From NCBI GenBank assembly GCA_036012755.1, contig DASCPX010000043.1, forward strand, positions 32,001-96,000: DNA of 64,000 nt. The letters run 5' to 3'. Position numbers and translations under genes: made by a program. Shown here piece after piece: positions 1 through 8,810 of the stretch (positions are counted from its first letter, which is position 1; each line of letters opens with the position of its first letter). The notes under the pieces are model-generated. The model did not search any database and had not been told where the DNA came from. It saw nothing but the letters and a program-made list of their open reading frames with translations. This DNA is from Myxococcota bacterium (GTDB lineage: Bacteria; Myxococcota_A; UBA796; CAJQPC01).

Positions 1-1
1 G

Positions 2-796
2 GACGAGTCCGAGGAGGAGGAGGACCCCATCGTGCCCGGCGAGCCAGTCGCCGACGCGGGGCCCGACCAGACCGTGGCGCCGCTCGACCTCGTCTTCCTG
101 GACGGCACCGCCTCCTACGACCCCGACGGCGGGGACATCACCAAGTACGAGTGGACGCTGGTGGAGGTCCCCAGCGGCTCGACCGCGAGCATCCTCGGCA
201 CGAGCAAGGACGCGCCGAGCATCTGGATGGACCTGGCCGGTGACTACGTCATCGAGTTGACCGTGCAGAACGACCAGGGAGAGTGGGACTCGACCCCCGA
301 CGAGGTCGTGATCTCCGCCGTGCCCAGCGACGGCTTCTACGTCCAGTTGTCCTGGGACACGGTGACCGACCTGGACCTCCACCTGCTCGACGGCAGCTCG
401 AGGATCTGGGACAACCCCGGGGACTGCAACTTCTGCAACATGTCGCCGGAGTGGGGCAGCGGCGGCCCCGATGACAACCCCTCGCTGGACTGGGACACGA
501 TCTTCGAGGGCTACGGGCCCGAGACCATCACGATCGACAAGCCGCGCTCGGGCAGCACCTACACGGCGCTGGTCCACTACTACGGCGAGTCCGGCTCCCC
601 CACCTGCTGGGGCCAGTGCCCGCCAGCCACGGCGACGATCGACATCTACCTCAGCGGCTCCGTCGTGGCCTCGTTCACCGAGACCCTGGACGACGCAGGC
701 GCCACCTGGACCGCCGCGTCGATCGAGTTCCCGTCACAGACGGTCACCGAGATCGGGACCCTGGGCAAGACGAACGACATCACCTGCGACTGGTAG
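2..796 (+). CDS. PKD/REJ-domain protein with YfaP/DUF2135-like C-terminal domain (5' partial)
   Basis: The frame is open from base 2. PKD-like 'PVADAGPDQ...LDGTASYDPDG...YEWTL' is followed by 'LSWD...DLDLHL...NPSLDWD...GPETITI'. Confidence 0.75.
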   Translation, partial: DESEEEEDPIVPGEPVADAGPDQTVAPLDLVFLDGTASYDPDGGDITKYEWTLVEVPSGSTASILGTSKDAPSIWMDLAGDYVIELTVQNDQGEWDSTPDEVVISAVPSDGFYVQLSWDTVTDLDLHLLDGSSRIWDNPGDCNFCNMSPEWGSGGPDDNPSLDWDTIFEGYGPETITIDKPRSGSTYTALVHYYGESGSPTCWGQCPPATATIDIYLSGSVVASFTETLDDAGATWTAASIEFPSQTVTEIGTLGKTNDITCDW

Positions 797-797
797 C

Positions 798-1319
798 TCA
801 GTCCCCCGAGGGGTTCTTGAGCACGCGGAAGTCGGTGACCTCGAACTCGACGGTCTGGTCATTGATCTCGATGGGATCGCCCTCGTACTCGAGGGGCTCG
901 ACGACCACTCCCCACCAGGACACCCGGAAGGTGCCGTTGCCGATGTAGTGAATCGAGTTGTCGTTCGTCTCCCAGGTGGCCTCGGAGCCGTCGATCTCGA
1001 CGATCCCCTCCAACTCCTCGAACGAGTGCCAGTCCAGAACCACATCTTCTGCCAGGTCGTCCGGGTCATCGACGCAGCGCTTGTCGACGCGTCGTGCGGT
1101 CTCGACGGATAGCGCCCAGATCATCGGAACGGCTTCGACGTCGAGTGTCCGCACCGGCGACTCGACCGTCACCAAAAGCGGGACGCTCACCACGGTGTCA
1201 CCCGTCCCACTCACAAGGCCGATCCAGCCGTCAAGTTCGGTCCCGCGATGACAGTACACCGGGCCGATCGGCCTGGTCATCTGCGGTGTGGGGCTGCACG
1301 CCAACAGGACGATCAACAC
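798..1319 (-). CDS. hypothetical lipoprotein
   Basis: GTG start gives MLIVLLAC (lipobox-like), followed by an acidic globular sequence. The upstream extension in the ORF track runs into the IS remnant. Confidence 0.55.
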   Translation of the reverse strand: MLIVLLACSPTPQMTRPIGPVYCHRGTELDGWIGLVSGTGDTVVSVPLLVTVESPVRTLDVEAVPMIWALSVETARRVDKRCVDDPDDLAEDVVLDWHSFEELEGIVEIDGSEATWETNDNSIHYIGNGTFRVSWWGVVVEPLEYEGDPIEINDQTVEFEVTDFRVLKNPSGD

Positions 1320-1320
1320 C

Positions 1321-1521
1321 CCCGACGCCCTTCGTCGAGATCGGACTGCCTGCCCACGTGCGGATCGTCTTGGGCTCGAACTCCCTGGAGAGCTCCTCTG
1401 GAGACCGGCCGGAGCGGACGAGCTACCAGTCGCTGACGGTATGCAAGGAGCGGTCGGACTCGGGGCATGGGACATGCTCCTACGGACATTCGGGGATGTC
1501 CACGAAGCCCGGGTCACTCCA
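1321..1521 (-). mobile_element. degenerate IS3-family left end (terminal IR plus frameshifted OrfA fragment)
   Basis: The minus strand begins TGGAGTGACCCGGGCTTCGTGGACA (TG-initiated, IS3-type IR). An ATG at 1468 gives MPRVRPLLAYRQRLV / LVRSGRSPEELSREFEPKTIRTW / RQSDLDEGRR across two frameshifts, resembling IS3 OrfA HTH N-termini. Confidence 0.7.
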
Positions 1522-1637
1522 TCGAGCGCCAACACCACCTCCACCACGGGTAAGGTCCAAGTCGTGATGCAGGACTTCATCTCGTTCCTGAAGATCGGCG
1601 TCGAGGCGAGTGGAGTCCCGGCCCAAGTGCATGCTCG

Positions 1638-2429
1638 ATGAGCTGGATGATCCTCGCCGCATGCACCCCCGAGCCCGGGGACTCGGGGGTGAACGATGAC
1701 CCCTGCGCTGACTACGACTGGATCTACGACGCGGACCTCTGGGAGGACTCACCGCGGGAGAACACGGAGGTAGAGGCCATCGCGCTCTGCCTGAGCGAGC
1801 CCGGGTCCGTCGCGGCTGATCCGACGACCTACGATCGCGTCGCGACCGACTTCGAGGGCATCGAAGCCGCTTTCGTGTGGGATGAGTACGACTCGAAGTT
1901 CAGCGGGCTCCACACCTGGACGGGATCGGATCTATGGATGTGGAACGCCGGGCGCACCGTGGAAGCCGACCTGGTCGCCGTCGTCGAGTCCGAGCCCTTT
2001 CAGTGCCTGGCGCAGCGCTTTCGCGGCACCCCGGAGATCTGGACTCCGTTTCTCGAAGTCTCATACGGACCATTGTTCGACTCGGAACTGGTCCTGGAAG
2101 AGTGGCAACACATCCTGGGTGACACCTTTTCGAGGTAGGAAGCCTCCCTCGTGAACAGCCTCACGCTGAGGTCCGACTTCGTCTTCGGCGGACACCAGGA
2201 AGGCGACACCTGGCACTACGTCATCGTCAGCAAGCCATCCGTGCCCGACCGGGACGAGTACTGCTGCTCCGACTACTGGGACACCACCGCGGGCTTCGAC
2301 GGCCGCACCCACGTCTACCTGCGCTCGGACGCACCAGGGGACGTCACCCTCATCGAGGAGTGGGTCAAGGACGGAACCGCCGAGCGTCCAGACTGGATGG
2401 ACTACATGACCTGCCCGCGCTGGGAATAG
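1638..2429 (+). pseudogene. hypothetical lipoprotein interrupted by in-frame TAG at 2136-2138 (or two small CDS, 1638-2138 and 2151-2429)
   Basis: Both ORFs are in the same frame and separated only by TAG plus four sense codons. N-terminus MSWMILAAC. Confidence 0.5.
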
Positions 2430-2631
2430 GGCCAATCGATGAGCACTCCCCACCGGGCCAGCATCGGCGCACGCTCAAGAGCAAACCCCGCTCTGCCTCG
2501 ATGTAGACCCCGCACGACTCGTCCCACGCCTCCGTCTGGGGGGCGGCGGCGAGGGATCCGCGAGAGGCACATGCCAACAGCGCGAGCGCCAAGAGCAGGC
2601 TCAAAGGCCGCGCTCGTCCGTCGTCGCGAGC

Positions 2632-3795
2632 TTAGTCTTCACCCAACCCAACCGCCGCCGATGCCAGGCCGTCCCGAGACTCGATCGCGAGGATCGCGCC
2701 CGCGGCCTCGATCGACATGCCGCGGTCGTCCTGGCTCATGAAGCCGGCCAGCAGGGCGCGGTCGTCCATCATGCCGGCGCGGCCCAGGGCCTGGATCGAC
2801 TCCATCACGACCACCGGCTCCGGGTCGCCGAGCATGGCGACGATGGCCCTGTGGGCCTGCTTCTTGTTGCGCCCGGCGCCCTCTGTCGCGAGCACCCAGT
2901 GCGACAGCGACCACACGGCCTGCTGGCGCAGCTCGCGGTCCGTCGAGACCAGGGCGGCGAAGGCGGGATCGGGAGGGTGCTCGCCCCGGGCGATCAGGGC
3001 CAGGGTCGCCCAGTCCTCGACGGGCTCCGGGCCGATGTTCTTCGCCCTCTTCAGGAGAACGAGCGCGATCTCGTCGTCCCGCTGGGCGAGGTAGTCGACG
3101 GCCTCCAGCCGCCGCTCGAGGTTGTCGGAGTGCAGAGCCTCGCGAAAGCGTGACTCCCCCTCTGCGTGGCCCAGGTCCAACAGCGCGTTGGCGATGGCCA
3201 GCTCGAGCTCCTCCTCGACCAGCTTCGAGCCCTCGATCAGCGAGTCGGCGACTGGCAAACCGCTGGCTCCGACGTGGAGGAAGAAGGCGATCTCGAGGGG
3301 GTAGTCCCCTCGGCTCAGGTCAGCGCCCAGCGCCTCCAGCGCGGTGGTGTCACCCTGCATCGCCGCGGGCAGGGCCAGCGGTGCCCGGCGCCAGTGGAGC
3401 CGCTCGTCGTTCCAGCCGAGATCCGGCACGGAATGCCCGGCGCGGATGAGCGCCACGGCGGCGTGGCTGCGCGTGTAGGGATCTACGTCGCGAGCCGCCA
3501 GGGACGCGATGAGCGCATAGGCGTCGTCTTCGTCGCGCTCGGCCAGGGCCTCTACTCCAGCCCGCTGGACGTAGGGCGAGGGGTCGAAGAGCGCCCTTGG
3601 GCCCCACTCGGCGCCCTCGTACCGAATCAACAGCGACAGGGCGCGAGCACGGACAGCGACGTCCAGCTCCGCGGCGGCGGTCTCGAGGGTCGCGCTGGCG
3701 TCGCCCTCGCCAGGCTCGACCTCGATGACGGCGATCTCGGTGACCGGGACCTTCTTGCAGGCCGACAGAGACAGGAAGCTAGCGAAGAAGAGCAT
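2632..3795 (-). CDS. HEAT-repeat lipoprotein
   Basis: MLFFASFLSLSAC lipobox; HEAT-like repeats (DPSPYVQRAGVEAL, SDNLERRLEAVDYL, DRELRQQAVWSL, DPEPVVVMESIQAL). Overlaps the end of the upstream gene. Confidence 0.8.
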   Translation of the reverse strand: MLFFASFLSLSACKKVPVTEIAVIEVEPGEGDASATLETAAAELDVAVRARALSLLIRYEGAEWGPRALFDPSPYVQRAGVEALAERDEDDAYALIASLAARDVDPYTRSHAAVALIRAGHSVPDLGWNDERLHWRRAPLALPAAMQGDTTALEALGADLSRGDYPLEIAFFLHVGASGLPVADSLIEGSKLVEEELELAIANALLDLGHAEGESRFREALHSDNLERRLEAVDYLAQRDDEIALVLLKRAKNIGPEPVEDWATLALIARGEHPPDPAFAALVSTDRELRQQAVWSLSHWVLATEGAGRNKKQAHRAIVAMLGDPEPVVVMESIQALGRAGMMDDRALLAGFMSQDDRGMSIEAAGAILAIESRDGLASAAVGLGED

Positions 3796-5884
3796 CGATC
3801 CGCTGTTGAGCCAGCTTGTGGAGCTCGTGGTTCTTGTCACCCACGAGCTTCTGCACCTGGCTGTACAGGGACAACGCGCGCTCCACCTGGTTCGCGCTCT
3901 CGAGCACCCGGGCCTCCTTGTACTTGTCGGAGGCCTCTGACTCGAGGCGGGCCTGGACCTCGCTCAGCTTCTGCTTCGCGGCGGCGTGGTAGGGGTCGAG
4001 GCGGAGGGTCTCCTTGAGCTTGCTGCGCGCGGTCAGGTTGTCACCGCGCGACATCGAGGCCATGGCGTGCTTGTAGGGCTCCGCGGCCGCCCGGCGCATG
4101 CGGGACTTGACGTCGGAGATGCCCTCTTCTGCCTGGTAGTAGTAGGGGGTCGAGCGCTCGGGATCCGCGGACTTCACGCCCTCGAAGCCTGACAACGCGC
4201 TGCTCCAGTCGCCGCGGTCGAGCGCCGCCTTGGCGTCCTCGTACATGGGACCGATGCTCTCGGCGAGCCTTGCATGCTGCCGATCGGTGGCGGCCCTGGC
4301 GACGACGCCGCTGCGGCGCTGGAGCTGCTTGGAGAGGGCCGCGAGATCCTCGTCGTCGGGGTTCAGGCGCAGGGCCTGCCGCACGGCGTCCCTCGCGTCG
4401 CCGAGGTTGGCCTTGCCGTCCAGCGCCGCCTTGCCCATGGCCAGGGCTTCCTGGCGGGCGACCTTCTTGTCGGCCTCGCTGGCCGCGGCCTGCTCGACGA
4501 CGTCCTGCATCGCCTGGATGGCGATGAACTCGCAGGCGACGTAGCCCATGCGCTCGGCGTCCTCGTGACCGGGATCCATCTTCAGGATCTGGAGGAAGCG
4601 CGAGGTCGCCGCGTAGTACTCCTCGTCCATGAACAGCCCGATGCCCTCCTGCATCAGGCCGTCGATCTCTGCGAGGTCGGCGTCGTCCAGGTCCGTCGTC
4701 CTGTGCTCGTACCCGCCCTCGCTCTTGACGACCTTCGCGGTGCGCGGAGTCGCGGCGAAGTCCAGCACCACCTTGCCGACGAACATCGCGGCGACGAGGC
4801 ACAGGATGACCCCGATGGCGAGGCGAATCGGGGTGACCAGCGGCTTCGACGGTCGAGGCGCAGGTCCCCCGCCGAGCTCCGCCCCGCCGAAGCCAGGACC
4901 GCCAGGGCCCGGCTGTCCGAAGCCCGGCTGCTGGGCCGGTGCGCCGAAGCCCGGCTGCTGGGCCGGTGCGCCGAAGCCCGGCTGCTGGGCGGGGGCGGCG
5001 AAGCCCGGCTGCGGGGCTGGAGCGCCGAAGCCTCCAGGCGCGGGGGCCGGCTGGTTGTGGGGCACCTGTGTCGGCTGCGCGGGCCAGGCGCCGTTGCCCG
5101 GAGGGGGAGGCGGGGCGGCGGGGAAGCTCGGCACGCCGGAGTGGGCCCGGGTCGGAGCGTCGAGGATGCCTCCGAAGGCCTCTGTGTGTTCGGGCTCGTC
5201 TGGGGGGAGGATGTCCGTGGAGCGGCCCCCGTCCATCGTCATGAAGCGAAGCTCGGTCGAGCCGATGCGGATGACGTCGCCGTCGATGAGGCGCTTCTCG
5301 CGAATGCGCTGCTCGTTCACGAAGAGCCCGTTGGCGGCGCCGGTGTCCTTCGCGATGAAGTCGCCCGCGATGGAGACGATCTCGCAGTGCAGGCGGCTGG
5401 CGGAGAGATCGGGGATGACGATGTCCCGCTGCTCGGAGCGGCCCATCGTCAGCCCCGCCTCCGTCAGCGGGTAGTTCGGCCGCATTCCATGGACAGAGGT
5501 GATGACCTCCAGCACCGCTGGAGGGGGCCCCTCCGTCAACGCGGGTGGCGCGGCGGAGCTCGGCGCGGTGTTCGTGCCGGTCGACTCCGGCTCGCCGACC
5601 TCGAAGCGCAGCAGGAAGGGGTCGATGCTGACCTCGTCGCCGTGACGGATCGCCGTCGAGCTGATCCGCTGGCCCTCGAGCCAGGAGCCGTTCCCGCTAC
5701 CCAGATCCTCGAAGACGACGCCCACACCGTCCACGACGATGCGCGCGTGGCGCCGCGACACACCGATGTCGGGGAGGCAGATCTCGTTGTCTTCGGCGCG
5801 CCCGAGCCTGGACACGCCCGCCTGAAGCGGGACACGCCGGTCGGGAAAACCCGGTCGCACGACGATGAGGCCGACGGGGTTCAT
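3779..5884 (-). CDS. double-FHA, single-TM, TPR-repeat protein
   Basis: Two FHA motifs (LGR...VSRRHA...DLGSGNG; MGR...ASRLHC...DTGAANG), a Pro/Gly/Gln linker, a TM helix (LAIGVILCLVAAMFVGKVVL) and TPR-like helices. GGAGG lies upstream of ATG 5884. Confidence 0.85.
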   Translation of the reverse strand: MNPVGLIVVRPGFPDRRVPLQAGVSRLGRAEDNEICLPDIGVSRRHARIVVDGVGVVFEDLGSGNGSWLEGQRISSTAIRHGDEVSIDPFLLRFEVGEPESTGTNTAPSSAAPPALTEGPPPAVLEVITSVHGMRPNYPLTEAGLTMGRSEQRDIVIPDLSASRLHCEIVSIAGDFIAKDTGAANGLFVNEQRIREKRLIDGDVIRIGSTELRFMTMDGGRSTDILPPDEPEHTEAFGGILDAPTRAHSGVPSFPAAPPPPPGNGAWPAQPTQVPHNQPAPAPGGFGAPAPQPGFAAPAQQPGFGAPAQQPGFGAPAQQPGFGQPGPGGPGFGGAELGGGPAPRPSKPLVTPIRLAIGVILCLVAAMFVGKVVLDFAATPRTAKVVKSEGGYEHRTTDLDDADLAEIDGLMQEGIGLFMDEEYYAATSRFLQILKMDPGHEDAERMGYVACEFIAIQAMQDVVEQAAASEADKKVARQEALAMGKAALDGKANLGDARDAVRQALRLNPDDEDLAALSKQLQRRSGVVARAATDRQHARLAESIGPMYEDAKAALDRGDWSSALSGFEGVKSADPERSTPYYYQAEEGISDVKSRMRRAAAEPYKHAMASMSRGDNLTARSKLKETLRLDPYHAAAKQKLSEVQARLESEASDKYKEARVLESANQVERALSLYSQVQKLVGDKNHELHKLAQQRIDALLR
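4917..5030. repeat. 27-bp coding tandem repeat (QQPGFGAPA-type units)
   Basis: CCGAAGCCCGGCTGCTGGGC... recurs at 4917, 4944 and 4971, with a degenerate copy after. Confidence 0.85.
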
Positions 5885-5932
5885 GCCGGGAGACACCTCC
5901 AAACTCCGAATAATACTGGAGACGCCACCTCG

Positions 5933-6865
5933 TCAGGGTCGTCCAGTCATCTTCCGTGCTTTCTTGAGGTAGTCGACGGTCTGCTTGTGGATCGCAGAGG
6001 ACTCGTCGGTCTCCAGCTGGAGCACGGTCTCCCAGAGGTTCACGGCCTGGTCGTACTGCATGGCCTCGTAGGCTCGGACGCCTGCGTCGTAGTTCTCGTT
6101 GATCTGCTCGTCGATCTCGATCGTCAGGCGCTCGATGCGAATGCCGCAGATCTCGCACTTCGGGTCGAGCTTCATCGCCATCTGGTAGTGCTCGAGGCCC
6201 TCGCGCAGCCGCCCGGCGTTGTAGTGCTTGTGGCCCATCTCGACGAGCTCGGACGACTTCGCTCCCTTGGGCGGGTCCGGCCACTCGTCCTGCTCTGTCA
6301 GGGGCCTGCCCGAGGTCGTAGCCAGGGCCTCTCCGAGGCTGACGGTCTCCTCTGCCTTGGTCTTGCCGCCCTTGAGCGCCCCACCGAGCACGCTCTTGGG
6401 TTCGTCGTCGACGTCCTGCTCCGATCCGCCGTCGCTCCCGGCGACCGCGATCAACCCCACGAGCGCGAGGAGGATGAGCAGGGCGACCGCGAAGGGCCAG
6501 ACCTTCCACTTCTTCTCCGGCTCGGCGACAGCGTCGAGGTTGACGCTCACGGAGTGCTCCGAGTCCGGATCCTGCATCTCCATGGTGAAGCGGTGGGCTC
6601 CCAGCGCCAGCACGTCCCCGGGTCCGAGCTGCTTGTTCTCGGCGACCCTCGCGTCGTTCACGAAGATGCCGTTTCTGGAGCCGGCGTCCTGAACCCAGAC
6701 CGCGCCGTTGTGCAGGACGACCCTGGCGTGGAAGCGGGAGACGTCGTTGTCCGGCAGGTGGAGCTCGTTTCCGGGATCCCGGCCGATGCGCAGCCCGGCC
6801 TGGGTGATCTCGAAGCTCTTGCCATCGAAGTAGCCCGCGATGCCGACGAGGGTTGGGGTGGTCAC
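5933..6865 (-). CDS. FHA-TM-TPR protein
   Basis: IGRDPGN...VSRFHARV...DAGSRNG; TM (VWPFAVALLILLALVGLIAVA); C-terminal TPR-like helices. Confidence 0.85.
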   Translation of the reverse strand: MTTPTLVGIAGYFDGKSFEITQAGLRIGRDPGNELHLPDNDVSRFHARVVLHNGAVWVQDAGSRNGIFVNDARVAENKQLGPGDVLALGAHRFTMEMQDPDSEHSVSVNLDAVAEPEKKWKVWPFAVALLILLALVGLIAVAGSDGGSEQDVDDEPKSVLGGALKGGKTKAEETVSLGEALATTSGRPLTEQDEWPDPPKGAKSSELVEMGHKHYNAGRLREGLEHYQMAMKLDPKCEICGIRIERLTIEIDEQINENYDAGVRAYEAMQYDQAVNLWETVLQLETDESSAIHKQTVDYLKKARKMTGRP

Positions 6866-8457
6866 AGGACGATCACCACCAGCTCGCGGTCACCGGTGGT
6901 CTTCGCGGCCAGCGTGACCTGCCGCTCGCTGCCACCGATTTCGAAGCGGTCGGCCAACACCGGCGCCGTCTTCACGCCCTGGATCATGGCGCGCAGTCTA
7001 TCGGATGCACCCTTCTCAGAGAACAGTCCGACGAGCGGACGGCCGACGAGATCACCAACTGGGAGGCCAGCGAGGTGGCCACCCCAGTCGTTCGCGCGGA
7101 GCACACGCGCCTCTGCGTCGAGCACGAACACCGGGAATGTCGCAGCCGCCAGCATCGCGTCGAAGAGGCCCTCGTCGTCTGCCTCCGGCTGCCCCCCGGC
7201 GCGCGCCAGCACCCGGTTGATGGAGTGAACGAGATCTCCGGCCTCTGGCCAGCCTGCCGGCGGAGCGACGCGGCCCCCGGTCTTCATGGCCAGCTCGGTC
7301 TCTTCGCGCAGATCCTTCAGTGGCTTCGCCGCGAGGAACCAGACGCCACCGAAGGCGACGGCGAGCGCGATCGCCAGCCAGAAGAGCGAGGCCAGCCCTC
7401 GCAGGACGAAGGAAGCCTGCTGGTCTGCGACGCTGGAGGCGTCGTAGCTGAGCACGGCGTAGCCGATGATGGACCCGAAGGAGGGGGCGCCTCGCGTGGC
7501 GGGGCCCCGAATCGGCGTCACGATGCGCGTCAGCCCGTCCTCGTAGGCGTAGACCGGCGCCTTCTCGGACTGGGACTCGACGAAGAGATCGTCCCGCCTG
7601 AGCGATGAGGTGGTCTTGTTCGGGGGCGCGATGACGTCCCCGTGGGAGTCGAGGAGCAGGGCCTGCTTCACGCCGGGTTCGTCGAGCACGAAGTCCACGT
7701 CGAGGGCCAGCTGGTCGTTGGCGACGATCGAGGTCGCGTTGCGGTGGCCGAGGCCCTCGCAGAGCAGCACGCCCTGCTGGACCGCCATGTTCTCGATGAC
7801 GGAGTCCGCGCTGGTGACGAGCCACGCGAAGCCGCCGACCGGCCCACAGGTCAGGACCATTCCGGCGATGACGAGGACGGCGGCGATCCGCACGAGCCAG
7901 GGCAGACCGCCCAGCGGATCGGCGGCAGGGGCGGGCTGGGGAATGACCGAGGTCGCCGACGCCGGCCTCTGTCCGGGTGGCGGCATCGTCGGCGCGGGGT
8001 CCGGTGCCGGGACATCCCGCGTGATCGTGGACTCGGGCTGGGGCTCCAGCGGCGAGCCTCCGAAGGCCTCACCACCGAAGGGGGGGGGCTCTGGTCCACC
8101 GAAGGCGGGAGGCGGCTCGTCGAAGGCGTGCTCCTCTGTGGGCGCGGCGCGCAAGAGCGGCTCGGACTCGCGGGCCTGGAAGACCATGAGCACGTCGCCG
8201 AACTGGAGCTGGGTTCCGTCGGCGAGTTCGCAGGCCTCCATCCGGTGACCGTTCACCAGGATCCCGTTGGCGCTGGCCATGTCCTGGACCACGCAGCGAT
8301 GCCCATCGGACTGGAAGACCGCGTGCCTGCGGCTCACCCGTCGGCTCGGCAGGTAGACCGGGCACTCCGGCTCGCGACCTGCCACGTGCTCGCCGACGGT
8401 CAGCGTGAAGGTCGAGCCCTTGCCTGGGCCCTCGACGATGACGAGGCGCATCTCCAT
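6862..8457 (-). CDS. FHA-domain membrane protein with periplasmic region, HAMP-like and PAS-like C-terminus
   Basis: AGRE...VSRRHA...DMASANG; two TM segments; 'KPLKDL...EAGDLVHSINRVL' is HAMP-like; 'PVFVLDAEARVLRAN...DLVGRPLVGLF' is PAS-like. TGATG coupling with DUF192. Confidence 0.8.
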   Translation of the reverse strand: MEMRLVIVEGPGKGSTFTLTVGEHVAGREPECPVYLPSRRVSRRHAVFQSDGHRCVVQDMASANGILVNGHRMEACELADGTQLQFGDVLMVFQARESEPLLRAAPTEEHAFDEPPPAFGGPEPPPFGGEAFGGSPLEPQPESTITRDVPAPDPAPTMPPPGQRPASATSVIPQPAPAADPLGGLPWLVRIAAVLVIAGMVLTCGPVGGFAWLVTSADSVIENMAVQQGVLLCEGLGHRNATSIVANDQLALDVDFVLDEPGVKQALLLDSHGDVIAPPNKTTSSLRRDDLFVESQSEKAPVYAYEDGLTRIVTPIRGPATRGAPSFGSIIGYAVLSYDASSVADQQASFVLRGLASLFWLAIALAVAFGGVWFLAAKPLKDLREETELAMKTGGRVAPPAGWPEAGDLVHSINRVLARAGGQPEADDEGLFDAMLAAATFPVFVLDAEARVLRANDWGGHLAGLPVGDLVGRPLVGLFSEKGASDRLRAMIQGVKTAPVLADRFEIGGSERQVTLAAKTTGDRELVVIVL

Positions 8458-8810
8458 CAGCCGATCTCCAGGACGTCGCCTGGCTGGGTCGAGGTCGCAG
8501 CGATCGTACCTACCGGGAGCTCGATGGCGTAGCGACTGCCCCAGTGGACCTTGCTGAGCCGCCACGGACGCAGCTCCTCGACGCAGCCGGTGACGTGGGC
8601 GTCAGCGTCGGCGAAGACCACGTCGAGGGCGTAGCGCATGAAGAACATGTGGACGCTGTTGCATGGCTCGAGCACGAAGCCTTCGCCCGCCGCTGGCTCC
8701 GGCCGACCGAGCAGGCCCCGAGCGCGCTCGAAGAAACCCGTAGCGTGAGCTGCCTGCTCTGCGAGGACGCTTTGACGCGTCCGGTTTCGCACGCAAACCG
8801 TCTTCATCAC
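8457..8810 (-). CDS. DUF192 family protein
   Basis: 'ERARGLLGR...PCNSVHMFFMRYALDVVFAD...YAIELPVG...GDVL' is typical of DUF192. Confidence 0.9.
   Translation of the reverse strand: MMKTVCVRNRTRQSVLAEQAAHATGFFERARGLLGRPEPAAGEGFVLEPCNSVHMFFMRYALDVVFADADAHVTGCVEELRPWRLSKVHWGSRYAIELPVGTIAATSTQPGDVLEIG

Noticed and set aside
2136..2138. Pyrrolysine or genome-wide amber recoding
   Set aside because: TAG is a normal stop for many conserved genes here (aroE, the C26 hydrolase, the deiminase, exbB), and no pyl genes are in the window.
2365..2604. 79-aa minus-strand ORF with lipoprotein-like start (MSLLLALALLAC)
   Set aside because: It has a TTG start without an RBS and its 3' end overlaps the opposite gene by 65 nt. 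It could be a remnant but is not supportable.
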